Source of the DNA: an uncultured delta proteobacterium | GTDB lineage: Bacteria; Myxococcota_A; Polyangia; Polyangiales; Polyangiaceae | Length of the DNA stretch: 64,000 nt | Assembly (NCBI GenBank): GCA_963841435.1 | Contig: CAWJCS010000002.1 | Coordinates: 128,001 to 192,000, forward strand | Direction of reading: 5' to 3' | Translations under genes and position numbers: made by a program | Shown: positions 21,777 through 31,751 of the stretch, one piece after another | How positions within the stretch are numbered: the stretch's first letter is position 1 | How the letters are laid out: each line of letters begins with the position of its first letter | The notes under the pieces: generated by a model | The model's database searches: none | The model's input: only the letters and a program-made list of their open reading frames with translations | What the model was told of the DNA's origin: nothing

Positions 21777-23545
21777 GTGGATCAGACCCAGCGTCAACTC
21801 CCGACGATCGTGCTCGTTCTCGCGCTGTGTCTCGCGGCGGTGTTCGCGTGCGCGGACGGCCCCCCTTCCGAGGGCAACGTGGCGCTTGGCCGTGGTGTCT
21901 ACGTCCCCGCAAAATGGCAAACGCTGCGCGAGCTCAGCGGGCACCGCGTTCACGTTCAAGAGCGCCGCATCGCCTGCACGAAGTGCCACACGTTCAGCGA
22001 CAGCGACGTGGGCCCGGTGACGCCGGCGCGCTGCGCGGCCTGCCACGAGGACGAAGCGCGCATCGAGCACGCCACGGCGCAGGCCGCCGCGAAGTTCGGC
22101 CCCGGCACGACGGCGGACTGTCGAAGTTGCCACGCGTTCACTCTCGACGGCACGGGGCACCCGCCGCCCGACGCCGGCGACGTGCTCGGCTTCGAGCCGA
22201 GCGACTGCACGCGCTGCCACCAGTCGGCACAGGGAGACCTCCCGGCAGTGACCGTCCATGGCTCGACGACGTGCACGAGCTGCCACCACGTGCACGAGAG
22301 CACGAAGCCGGCGCCCGCGTCCTGCGAAGAGTGCCACGCCGATATCACGACGGCCCATGGCGGCCCGTCGCAGGGCGTCGTCGAACGTTGCACCACCTGT
22401 CACCAGCACCAGCACGCCGAGGCCAAGGACGCCGTGGGCAGCTGCACGGACTGCCACGCCACCCACGAGCCCAAGGTGCCACAGACCGCTCTCTTCGCCG
22501 ACGGGCACGCCGAGTGCACCGCCTGCCACCGGCCCCACGCGTTCGGCAAGAGCGAGACCGTCGCGTGCCGCACGTGCCACGAGGACGTTCATGTGCTCGC
22601 TTCGACGAAGGTCGCTGCGCATCAAGCCTGCACGAGCTGCCATGCGCCGCACGACGTGCGCGGCGCGCCGCAGCAGGCCTGCGTGCGCTGCCACTCGAGC
22701 GTCCACCCCGACCACCCCGTGAAGGGCGCCGCCGGCACCTGCGTCGGATGCCACGACCCGCATCCGACCATGGGGGCGCGCGCGCCGCTCGCGAAACCCT
22801 GCGCCTCCTGTCACCCGAACGCGCTCGCCGATCACGGCTTTCACTCCGAGATCGCTTGCCAGCACTGTCACGAGCCGCATCACTTCGCGCTCGATGGGGC
22901 CGATCGCACACCGTGCGCGGGATGCCATCAGGGCGAGGTCGCCCACGCGACGGCCCTCGCGGGCCACGCGAGCTGCGAGGGTTGCCACCGCGGGCTCCCG
23001 CACCGCCCGTCGTCGCTCAAGGTCGGCTGCGAGTCGTGCCACGCCGGGATCGTCCACGCCGCGCGCGAGGGTCACGAGAAATGCCTCGGCTGCCACGAGC
23101 CACACGGCGGAGCTCTTCAGACGCCGTGCGGGCAATGTCACAAGGCGGAGCTCGCGAGCGCGCCGCGCGGGCACCAGACCTGCACGGGCTGCCACGATCC
23201 GCACACCGGGTCCCCGGCCGCAAAGCCCTGCGAGACCTGCCACGAAAAGGAAGCGGCGTCGGCCCACGGATTGATTCGGAGGGGGCTGCCTCGGGTGCCA
23301 CCGCCCGCACGGCCCCGGGGGTCTCGCTCAGCCCAAGGCGTGCACGAGCTGCCACGACGTTCGGAACCCTGCCCGGCCTTCACCGCGAGGTGAAGCACCA
23401 GGCGTGCAATCGCTGTCACACGGGGCACGGCGCCGCTGACGCCGCACCTCGCGCCGTGTGTGTCGCCTGCCACACTGATCGCGCTCGCCACTTCCCCGAC
23501 GCCGAGCGCTGCACGGGTTGCCACATCTTCAACCAGCACCGCTAG
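21777..23545 (+). CDS. 27-heme c-type cytochrome lipoprotein; frameshifts at ~23275 and ~23360
   Basis: Lipobox VFAC. 22 CxxCH in the first frame, CLGCH and CTSCH after the first shift, CNRCH, CVACH and CTGCH after the second; stop 23545. Confidence 0.85.
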
Positions 23546-23560
23546 CGCGAGCGGTAGGCG

Positions 23561-25258
23561 TTAGTTCGGCAGCTCGAACGTGACCTGGCCGTTAACGTGC
23601 AGATCGGGCCGGACGAACGTGACGTTGTCCTTGTCGAGGTCCTTGTGGCACGCGCTGCAGTCGGGTGATTGGTTGACGTAGGGATGCGGCCGGGGCGGCG
23701 GCAGGCCGTGGCAGGTGCCGCACTTCGCCTCGCTGCCGTTGACGCGCGTCCAGCTCGGAGTCGTGTGAGACCCGCCGGATCCGTACGCCGACGGGAACAC
23801 GGCGCCATGGCACGCGGACTCGACGCACCGGCCGTTCTCGTAGCGTGGTGTCGCGCCGAACGAAAGCGCGGCGCCCGAGAAGACGACCTCGGCCGGCAGG
23901 TCCGAATCGAGGTGCCCCTTTGCGAGCACGTCGGCGGGTACTTCGTGGCACTCGGCGCAAGGCACGGGGCGCGCGCGGCCGTTTTCCACGAGGTGCGCCT
24001 GATGGGCGCCGACGGCCGCTTGGGACGTGAGCGTCTCGCCGAGCACGCCCAGCGGTGGCGCAGCGTTCTTCTTGCCCCCGTGGCACGCGCTGCAATCGTC
24101 CGTGACCACGACATCGACGATGCCGTTGACGTGACGCGCTCGATCGACGATGTGCATCGAGTCGTTGACGACGTTGGCGTGACAGTTTTCGCACCGCGCG
24201 CTCCGCGGGTGCGGGGGCGGGGGCGGCGCACCGTGGCAGCTCGTGCAGGAAAGCTCGGTCGCTTCCGTCCAGAGCGGTGACGTGCCGTGGCGTTCGCCGG
24301 GGCCGTGGCAGTACGTGTCGCTGCAGGTCGCGAGCTCGTGGTCCCAGCGCGGCGCATGGTCGCGCGTCGCGGCCACTCCCGTCAGCGTGACCTCGGCAGG
24401 CGGCTCGTCGATGTGCGTTTCGTCCTCGACGCGCTCGGGCACGCGGTGACATTCGGTGCACTCGAGCGGGCGCCCCGCGCGGCCGCCGCCGAGGTGCGCC
24501 GCGTGCGCCCCCACGCCCAGGGACGAGACCTCCATGTGTCCCAACGTGTCGAGCGGCGGCGCCGGGTTCTCGCCTTCGCCGTGGCAGAGCGTGCACGTGT
24601 CGGCGCCCGCGCGATACTCGACCGTGCCGTTCACGTGCAGCTCGGGCGCGATGATGCGCTGATTTTCGTCGACCACGTCAGCGTGGCACACCGAGCAGCG
24701 CGTCGACGCTGGGTGCGGCGCCGGCGGCGGCAGCGCGTGGCAAGTTCCGCACGCCTCGCCGCTCGACCTCGGCAGTGACCACACGGCGCGAGCACCGCGA
24801 TGGCAGTAGCTGTCCCTGCAGGTCTGACCCGCCGCGTCGTAGCTCGGGTGGTGGTGGTCCGTGCGCGCGAGCGGGCCGAACACGAGCTCGGCGGGGCGTG
24901 CGCTGTCGGCGTGTCCCGGCGAATCCACGCGCTCGGGCACGACGTGACATTCCGTGCACGCGAACGCCGGGTGCGTCGCCGACCCCTCGAGGTGAATCGA
25001 GTGGGCACCGACCCCCGGGTAGCTCGGGTCCGTGGCGCCCGAGAGGTCGGCGGGCGGGGCCGAGCGCGCGAGAAAATCCCCCGGCCGCGCGGGATCGCCG
25101 TGACAGCCCGTGCAGCGCTCCTCGCGCGCAGGCTCCGGCCGCTCGCGCGACTCGAGACAGCTCGGCAAAAGCGCGGCGAGCGCGCCCGCCGCCATGAAGA
25201 GCGCGAGCGTCGCGCTCGCGAGGCGCCGCCGACGGGAAGAGCGCTCTACGTCAGCCAT
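23561..25258 (-). CDS. 15-heme CxxxxCH/CxxCH-domain cytochrome lipoprotein (three 5-heme modules)
   Basis: LLPSC lipobox-like. 12 CxxCH + 3 Cx4CH (CRDSYCH, CSDTYCH, CVESACH); repeated VGAH..H, CxECH.VP, HVNG.V. Confidence 0.9.
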   Translation of the reverse strand: MADVERSSRRRRLASATLALFMAAGALAALLPSCLESRERPEPAREERCTGCHGDPARPGDFLARSAPPADLSGATDPSYPGVGAHSIHLEGSATHPAFACTECHVVPERVDSPGHADSARPAELVFGPLARTDHHHPSYDAAGQTCRDSYCHRGARAVWSLPRSSGEACGTCHALPPPAPHPASTRCSVCHADVVDENQRIIAPELHVNGTVEYRAGADTCTLCHGEGENPAPPLDTLGHMEVSSLGVGAHAAHLGGGRAGRPLECTECHRVPERVEDETHIDEPPAEVTLTGVAATRDHAPRWDHELATCSDTYCHGPGERHGTSPLWTEATELSCTSCHGAPPPPPHPRSARCENCHANVVNDSMHIVDRARHVNGIVDVVVTDDCSACHGGKKNAAPPLGVLGETLTSQAAVGAHQAHLVENGRARPVPCAECHEVPADVLAKGHLDSDLPAEVVFSGAALSFGATPRYENGRCVESACHGAVFPSAYGSGGSHTTPSWTRVNGSEAKCGTCHGLPPPRPHPYVNQSPDCSACHKDLDKDNVTFVRPDLHVNGQVTFELPN

Positions 25259-26306
25259 GGCAATACCGGCACATGCCGTCGAACACGCCGCGGCTCGTGC
25301 GGAACGTGCCGGGCGGGTGGGGGTTGCCGCCGTAGCCGCCAACCTTGTGGCAACGGATGCAGTTGGTCGCAGGGCCCTGATCGTGACAGCCGGCGCAGGC
25401 GAGGATGTCGCGCCGTGCCTCGATGCCGTGCTGGCTGTGCAGGCGCGTGTCGTTGCCCACCCAGCCCGGCGGGTGGGGGCTCCGTCCCATGAGCAGCCCG
25501 GCGCTCACGCCGCGCGCGGCGTGGCAGCCGTCGCAGCTCGAGACCTCGTGGCACGCGAGGCAGCGCGTTGGTGACGCCGAGGCCTCGAGCGCGTGGCGCG
25601 TGAGAAAATCCGCACGGTGCACGAAATGCCGTTCGAGCTCATCCGGGTGGCGGAGCTCGACGCGCATCACCTGAGACGTGTCGTGACAATCGTCGCAGTC
25701 GGACTGGCCGTGGCAGGCCTGGCAAAGCTTCCCCTCGTGCGGCACGTACTCGCCGTGCCGCCGCGCGAAATCGCCGTCGTGGCGCAGGAAGGTCGCCGGC
25801 ATGAGCTTTACGAGGTCTTCCTGCTCGTGGCACGGCACGCAGGTTCCGGCATTCCATTCGTCTCGATGCTGGTGGCAGCCGAGGCAAGTGCTCATGGGCG
25901 GCAGGAGCGGCTTTTCATCCTCGACGACGCCCGCGTGGCACGGCACGCACTGCCCCCTGAGCTCGGGCATCGCCAGGTGCTTCGAGTGGTCGAAAGTGAT
26001 GCTGCCGTACGGTTGCGCCGGCAGGACGGCGAGCACGCGTTCGACGTCTCCCTCGTCGTCATGGTGGCAACGGTCGCACTGGGTCTTGGAGGGCAGGTGG
26101 TGCGCCCGGTCAACGGCGCTCGCGGTGTGGCAGCTGTTGCAGTTCAGGCACGAGGGCTGCCCGGGCTTGCCACACGCGACCTCCGCGAGGTGCGTGCGGT
26201 GCGGGAAGCGCGCGGGGCGCGGGTCGCTGCAGGCGGCGAGCACGGCGGCGCCGAGCACGACCACGAGCAAGAGCAAAACGAGCGGTTCCAGACGCCGCGA
26301 GCTCAC
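25251..26306 (-). CDS. Dodecaheme cytochrome c lipoprotein (c3/c7-like N-terminal part)
   Basis: Own GTG start after an AAGGGGGG RBS, signal ending VLAAC, FPHRTH, FDHSKH, 12 CxxCH. Confidence 0.85.
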   Translation of the reverse strand: MSSRRLEPLVLLLLVVVLGAAVLAACSDPRPARFPHRTHLAEVACGKPGQPSCLNCNSCHTASAVDRAHHLPSKTQCDRCHHDDEGDVERVLAVLPAQPYGSITFDHSKHLAMPELRGQCVPCHAGVVEDEKPLLPPMSTCLGCHQHRDEWNAGTCVPCHEQEDLVKLMPATFLRHDGDFARRHGEYVPHEGKLCQACHGQSDCDDCHDTSQVMRVELRHPDELERHFVHRADFLTRHALEASASPTRCLACHEVSSCDGCHAARGVSAGLLMGRSPHPPGWVGNDTRLHSQHGIEARRDILACAGCHDQGPATNCIRCHKVGGYGGNPHPPGTFRTSRGVFDGMCRYCHG

Positions 26307-27719
26307 CGCGCCCCCCTTCTCGTGACGTTCGAAGGCATAGCCGAGTCTGAGCTCGGCCTGCGCCTCGAGCGAGGCGTACGGCGTGTGCGAAAGCGATGCT
26401 CCCGCCATGACGTCGAGCCCCACGTCGAACTCTCGCCGTAGGGTCGCGGCGAAGACGCTCGACGAGCGGTAATCGGCGATCGCGCGGTCGTAGTAGTACT
26501 CGTAGAGATCGAGCGTGCCGGTCACGGCGCGCACGAGCCGGCTCGATAGCGAGCTACGAACGGCTTGGTAGCCATTGTCGGGTGCGAGCAACCGCTCGTA
26601 GGAGACGAGCGCGAACGCGTGATGGGCGCGTGAGAGCGTGAAGCGCGCGGTCCCGCGCGCGCGCGCGCCGGGGCCGCCCTCGGAGTAGACCTCGACGCCC
26701 GCCTCGCCGTCGAGCACGACGGGCCAGGGCGTACGGATCGTCGCGACGACGAGCGCCTCCTCGAAGCTCGTCGTGTTGAACACCGACAGCACCGACTGTC
26801 GCGACAGGAGCAGCGAGGGCTCACTGTGGGAAAGCTCGACGCTCGCGTCGAGTGCCGGCACGGGTGTCGTGCCGACCGAGACGCGCAGGTCCGCGACGCG
26901 TCGCGAATCGAGATCGACGAGCGCGACGCCCCGCACCTCGGTCGCGTCCTCGAGCGCCGCGCGGCCGTCGAGCGCGAGGTTTCGGTGGGCAAGACCGCCG
27001 GTTTCGTGCGCTTCGTGGAAGGAAAGACCGACGGCGGCGTCGTCCGACGCAAAGCCGAGGCGGCCGCCGAACAGAAAGTGATCGAGTCGCGTGAGGTCGG
27101 CGTACGCGTCGGGGCTCCTCATGACCTCGCTCGAGACGGCCCCGAGGTAGCGATACGACGGGCGCTGGTCCCAGCGCGGTAGAACGGAGAGCCCGAAGTA
27201 GGCGCGGGCGTCGAGGCCCTTTCCGAGCTCGAGCTCACCGAGCGCGCCGTCGAAACGCGCGAAGCGCGCGGCGCCCCCCGCGACCATCTGCCGGCCGACC
27301 TTGACGCTCACGGGCCCGCGATGGATGCGTACGTTGGCGGCCTGCACGTCGCCGTCGAGACGGCGCTCCCCGTCGAGGGTCCCGGGCACCAGCTGGCCGT
27401 ACGCCGAGAGCTCGAGGTCGAGAGTGTCGCTGCCGAGCGCCGTATCGAGATCGACGACCCTGAGCGCCACGTACTCCGAGAGCGGCAACAGTGTGTTTTC
27501 CTCGACGAGCGCGCCCTCGCTACCCGGCAAGAGCGCGCGGCGAAACAGCGTCGCGTGAGTTTCGGCGTGAGCGCTGAGCACGTAGCGATCGATCGACGCG
27601 TCTGCTGCGGGCGTGTCTCGGCCTTGCGCGCGCGCGGCGAGCGGCCAGCCGAGGCTGAGCGAGACGAGCAGCATCCACCTGCCGCGCATGCCAGCTAAGG
27701 CCCATAGCTCGGGTCGCAT
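26303..27719 (-). CDS. Putative outer-membrane beta-barrel (porin of a porin-cytochrome module)
   Basis: Signal peptide (LAARA), alternating beta-strand pattern, SVKVGRQ, terminal ELRLGYAF. One G fewer in the run at 26311-26316 gives a stop with GTGA overlap to the dodecaheme gene. Confidence 0.72.
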
Positions 27720-27842
27720 TGCGACCCCAAGTCCCCCAGCGTTCGCTTCTGCTTCGCGCGCTCGCCGGCACCGAAGACGCGCAACATTTGCGCAATTCGG
27801 TCGTGAGGCCCGGCGTCCAAAGTCGCCAGGGAACAGTCGCGT

Positions 27843-28322
27843 TCAGCTGGCGGTGTCGAGCTCCTTCACGAGCTCTCCCCAGGTTTCACCGTCGTCGATG
27901 CCGAGCTCGCGCGCGATCTCGGCGAGCGCGGCTTGCTCCTCCTTCGTGGCGCTCGTCGGAACGTCCATCGCCTTTGCCGTGGTGCGGGCGATCGCCTCGG
28001 CATGCGCGAGCAGTCCCTGGAGCTCTTCGACGTCGAACTCCCATTCATCGGGTGCGTAGGAGAGCGTGACGATGTCGTGCAGGCCCTCGAGGATGTAGGC
28101 CTTGTCCGGGCGACGCGTGAGCCACCCACGGAGGATTTTCTCGCCGTCCTCGCCGATCTGGAAGTGGTTGTGCGCGAGGTCGATCAGACGGCGCTCGCGT
28201 TCTTTGGTCAGCTTGCCCGACGCCCAGGCGACGTAGACCAGCGGTAGGAGCTTCAGCACCTTGTAGTTCGACGAGCGAATGCCGAGGTGCTTGAGCGTCT
28301 TTTGCATACGATCGAGCTGCAT
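27843..28322 (-). CDS. TerB-like helical protein
   Basis: LLPLVYVAWASG.LT..ER and EEQAALAEIARELG resemble the TerB-like fold pattern. Confidence 0.6.
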   Translation of the reverse strand: MQLDRMQKTLKHLGIRSSNYKVLKLLPLVYVAWASGKLTKERERRLIDLAHNHFQIGEDGEKILRGWLTRRPDKAYILEGLHDIVTLSYAPDEWEFDVEELQGLLAHAEAIARTTAKAMDVPTSATKEEQAALAEIARELGIDDGETWGELVKELDTAS

Positions 28323-28474
28323 GCTCGGCGTGAAGCAACTTGCGTGCTCGCGCGCAATCCGCGCCGGTGGCGCCCGGAGAAGGCTCTCGCAGCCGCCCAG
28401 CGCGCGCAATTTGCGTCCGCAGTCGGAAGGCTCGGTAAATTTTGCGTGCCGCGGCGAGCCGCGCGTCACGGTCG

Positions 28475-29791
28475 TCAGTGACGCTCGAGCTTGGCGATCG
28501 CGTCGGTGAGCTGGCTGTCGTTGCGCATGCAGGGGTAGCAGTGCTCGAGATCGTTCGGCGCGCAGAGCGTCTTCTGGTCGAGCTCGTGCAGGTACGAAAG
28601 GACGTACTTGCCGCCGGCCTGAGTGGCGAACTCGAGGAGCCCGCGCTTGTCCTCGCAGGACTTCGCGTTGCGGAGCTTGACGGCCGCGTACACGGGCAGC
28701 GCTGCGGTGCGCTCGAAATCCTTGCCGTCGAGCCACCGCTCGGCGCGCTTTCGCACCCCGTCACGCACGTCGTCGTTGACGCTGAGCTCGTACATCAGCG
28801 CCGCACCGGGCTCGCCCATCGGGCCCGTGAGCAACGTGTAGCTATCCGATGCGGCACGGCGGTCCGTCAACGCCGCCGTCGTCATCAACAGGCGCCCAAC
28901 GTGCTCGTCCTTCTTGAGCTCCGGGTAGCGCGTGATCAAACGCTCCACGAGTAGCGGCACGTCGGCATCGCGGCGCTGGGTCAAGAGCGAGTCGGCGAGG
29001 TGAAGGAGCATGGCGGCCTCGTCGCCTGGCTTCTCCACGGGCTTCGCGCTGGCGGCGGGCCTGTCCTCGGTCGCTTGCGGCGGTGCGGGGGCCTCGGTCG
29101 TGGCCGCGGCGCTCTCGTCCTTCTCCACGGCCTCGCGCTCGTTGGCCGTTTGGGCGCCGTCAGACTTCGCGATGGCTCCGACGAGCGCCTTCGTGCCGAC
29201 ACCCAGCCCGACGAGCACGAGCGCGGCGAGGAGCGCGCTCGCTCCGAGCAGCGCGGCGCCCGGCACGCGCTCGAGCCGCGAGCGGAGCACCGGTGGCAAG
29301 TGATCGCGCGCGGCGTCGCCGACACGGGTCAGGCCGGCGAGCGTGGTCGAGAGCGCACGACCATCGCTCGACGATGCGACGCCGGATGGGTTGCGCCCGA
29401 GCGGCGGAATGGTGGGCGGTGGCGCGCTCGACCTCGGCGGCGGGATGGTGCTGGTGCTCGTGGGCGGCGGCGGCGGGGGCATGCTGCTGGAGCGCGCGAC
29501 GGCGGCCGGTGGCGGCTCGAGCGGTGGAACGACGGGCATCTGTCCCTGGCGGCGCGGCGCCGGCGGCGGGATGTCGGGCATGCCGAGTCCCATTTCGGTC
29601 TTGTGGCGTCGCGGCGGCGGCGGCGGGGAGCTCGTCGTCGGTGTGTCATCGAAGGTCGGGACGGGCCCGACGTCGAACGAAGGCAACGCGTCTGCAGCGC
29701 CGCTGCCCTTCGCCGCTGGACGAGGGGACACGCGAGCCCTGGCGTCGGCGCTACCCGGTGGAGGCGGCGGTGTGCTCGACGTAGCTCCCAT
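28475..29791 (-). CDS. Pro-rich single-pass membrane protein with Cys-containing C-terminal domain
   Basis: Pro-rich N-terminus, TM ALLAALVLVGLGVG, SCEDK...CAPNDLEHCYPCMR. Confidence 0.75.
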   Translation of the reverse strand: MGATSSTPPPPPGSADARARVSPRPAAKGSGAADALPSFDVGPVPTFDDTPTTSSPPPPPRRHKTEMGLGMPDIPPPAPRRQGQMPVVPPLEPPPAAVARSSSMPPPPPPTSTSTIPPPRSSAPPPTIPPLGRNPSGVASSSDGRALSTTLAGLTRVGDAARDHLPPVLRSRLERVPGAALLGASALLAALVLVGLGVGTKALVGAIAKSDGAQTANEREAVEKDESAAATTEAPAPPQATEDRPAASAKPVEKPGDEAAMLLHLADSLLTQRRDADVPLLVERLITRYPELKKDEHVGRLLMTTAALTDRRAASDSYTLLTGPMGEPGAALMYELSVNDDVRDGVRKRAERWLDGKDFERTAALPVYAAVKLRNAKSCEDKRGLLEFATQAGGKYVLSYLHELDQKTLCAPNDLEHCYPCMRNDSQLTDAIAKLERH

Positions 29792-30223
29792 GACAACGTT
29801 AGTCTACGTGGTTAGTTGGCCTCTGTCTTCCATAACGACGAGATCGTCTTGAGTTGCTCGAATCACGTCGCCTGATTTGCGATCCCGAATGCAACGGTGG
29901 GACTTTTCTCATCTGCTTCGAGCTCGCCCACGAATGCTCCAAGACGCGGGCGTGCTGGCGTGCCACTCCGTGCCGCGCGCGCTCTCGTGTCCGACGTCCG
30001 GAGAACATTGCACGGTGAGCAGATATCGAGTGATCGGCGCCGCGGCAGACCGCGCATGAATGCAACATCGAGTGCCCGCTCGAGTGCCGATGCGCTGTCG
30101 GTGAGCTTCTGCCGACGCGACGAGTCGTCGCGAGCGAGGAGCCCCTTTCGCCGAAACGAGGTCGCGCGGTCAACCCGTCGAGCACGCGCTCGCGTGCCGA
30201 ATGCCACGGGCCACGCTGCCCCC

Positions 30224-30256
30224 TTGACAAATCTGTAGTCGGCTACAATATTGTAG
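30224..30256 (+). promoter_or_regulatory. Probable promoter with palindromic TetR operator
   Basis: TTGACA at 30224-30229; perfect palindrome CTACAATATTGTAG at 30243-30256; second IR TGTAG-tcgg-CTACA at 30234-30247; 7 nt before the tetR-family ATG. The -10 spacing is imperfect. Confidence 0.7.
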
Positions 30257-30263
30257 TACGTTC

Positions 30264-30935
30264 ATGTCTGAGCGTCCTCCAAATCCAGGCCGACGCGAGC
30301 GGAAACGGCTCGAAACGCGGGGAAAAGTGCTGCGTTCCGCCACGGCGCTGTTCGCCGAGAAGGGCTACCAAAAGACCACGATGGAGGACGTCGCGGCCCG
30401 CGCCGACGTGGGGGTTGGCACCCTGTACAACTACTTTTCCTCGAAGGAGGGGCTCCTGCTCGCGGTCTTCGAGGACGCGACGGAGCCTTTGCTCACGCAG
30501 GCCCAGGCGGTGGTGGCGGAGCCAGGCACGGACGCTGAGGGGGCACTGCTCGGCTTGCTCGAGACGTTCGAGCCGCTCGCGACCTTGTTCGACAAGGCGG
30601 TGCTGCGCGAGATGCTCGCCGCCGCGATGCTTCAGCCTGCCGACCAGGTGGAACAGTTCGCGACGCTCGACGCCAAGCTCGCCGCGAGCATCGCGGAGCT
30701 CTTGTCCAAGCTCGCCGAACGCGGTGCGATCACGCGTGACCTCGACCTGGAAGCGGCCGCCATGGCCCTCTACGGTGCGCTCACCATTTCCACGCTGCTC
30801 TATCTCAGCGTGAGCGACATGGACCAAGGGGCCTTGCGCGAAATGGTTCGCCGGCAGGTCGCTGTCCTCTACGCGGGCCTCGCACCCGCACGCGCGCCGG
30901 AGCGTTCGCCCGACGCCAGAAAGAACGAGAAATGA
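30264..30935 (+). CDS. TetR/AcrR-family regulator
   Basis: LFAEKGYQKTTMEDVAARADVGVGTLYNYFSSKE. Confidence 0.93.
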   Translation: MSERPPNPGRRERKRLETRGKVLRSATALFAEKGYQKTTMEDVAARADVGVGTLYNYFSSKEGLLLAVFEDATEPLLTQAQAVVAEPGTDAEGALLGLLETFEPLATLFDKAVLREMLAAAMLQPADQVEQFATLDAKLAASIAELLSKLAERGAITRDLDLEAAAMALYGALTISTLLYLSVSDMDQGALREMVRRQVAVLYAGLAPARAPERSPDARKNEK

Positions 30936-31735
30936 CACCAGCTCGCTTTCGGGTACGGCGGGGCATCGTGCTCGCCTTTCTCGGGTTTCCGCTCGTCGCC
31001 GTGATGCCGCGCACCGCGCATGCCGACGAGCTGACGAGCCTCATCGATCGGGCCGACCAGGCTTTTCGTGGCAAAACGAGCGCCGCGGTGCTCAGCATGG
31101 ACGTCAAGACAGAGCGGTACTCGCGTCACTACAAGCTCGTCATCTGGGACGATGCGCGGGGAAAAGACAAGACGCTCGTGAAAATCCTCGGACCTACGTC
31201 GTTCCGGGGCTTTGCGACGCTCAAGGTCGGCAACCAGCTCAAGCTCTACGACCCGAAGACCAACCACGTGCAGGTGGTCGGCAGCTCGATGCTCGCCGAC
31301 AGCTGGATGGGCAGCCATTTCTCGAACGACGACCTCGTCAAGGAAACCCGACTCGCCTACGACTACGCCGCAACGCTCGTCGAGAAGCACGGCGGCAAGG
31401 ACGCCGCCGGGCGACCGGCGACGATCTATCGCATCAAGCTGCTTCCGAAACCGACGGCGCCCGTGGTGTGGGGGCGAATCGAGTTCGAGCTCTCCGACGG
31501 GGGAGGCAAGGTCATGCCGATCAAGAGCACGTACTTCACGCGCGCGGCCGATCAGAAGCCGGCGCGCGCGCTGACGTTCTCCGTGCCCAAGGAGCTCGGC
31601 GGTCGGCTCGTGCCGACCGTCCTCGAGGTGCGCGTCGCCGACAAGCCGGGGGAGTACACGCGCCTCACGTACGAGGAGCTCCGCTTCGACATCGCTATCC
31701 CCGAGAGCAAGTTCACCGAGCAGGCGCTGCGCTGA
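30932..31735 (+). CDS. Outer-membrane lipoprotein-sorting (LolA-like) protein
   Basis: Signal peptide, SWMGSHFSNDDL, FTEQALR C-terminus, ATGA overlap. Confidence 0.85.
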   Translation: MTPARFRVRRGIVLAFLGFPLVAVMPRTAHADELTSLIDRADQAFRGKTSAAVLSMDVKTERYSRHYKLVIWDDARGKDKTLVKILGPTSFRGFATLKVGNQLKLYDPKTNHVQVVGSSMLADSWMGSHFSNDDLVKETRLAYDYAATLVEKHGGKDAAGRPATIYRIKLLPKPTAPVVWGRIEFELSDGGGKVMPIKSTYFTRAADQKPARALTFSVPKELGGRLVPTVLEVRVADKPGEYTRLTYEELRFDIAIPESKFTEQALR

Positions 31736-31751
31736 AGGCCGGAGAGACCCG

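Noticed and set aside
25251-27719. Naming the barrel and cytochromes mtrB/mtrA or extB/extA
   Set aside because: The barrel is ~470 aa with 12 hemes in its partner, unlike decaheme MtrA and the larger MtrB. Homology to Ext proteins cannot be verified without a search.
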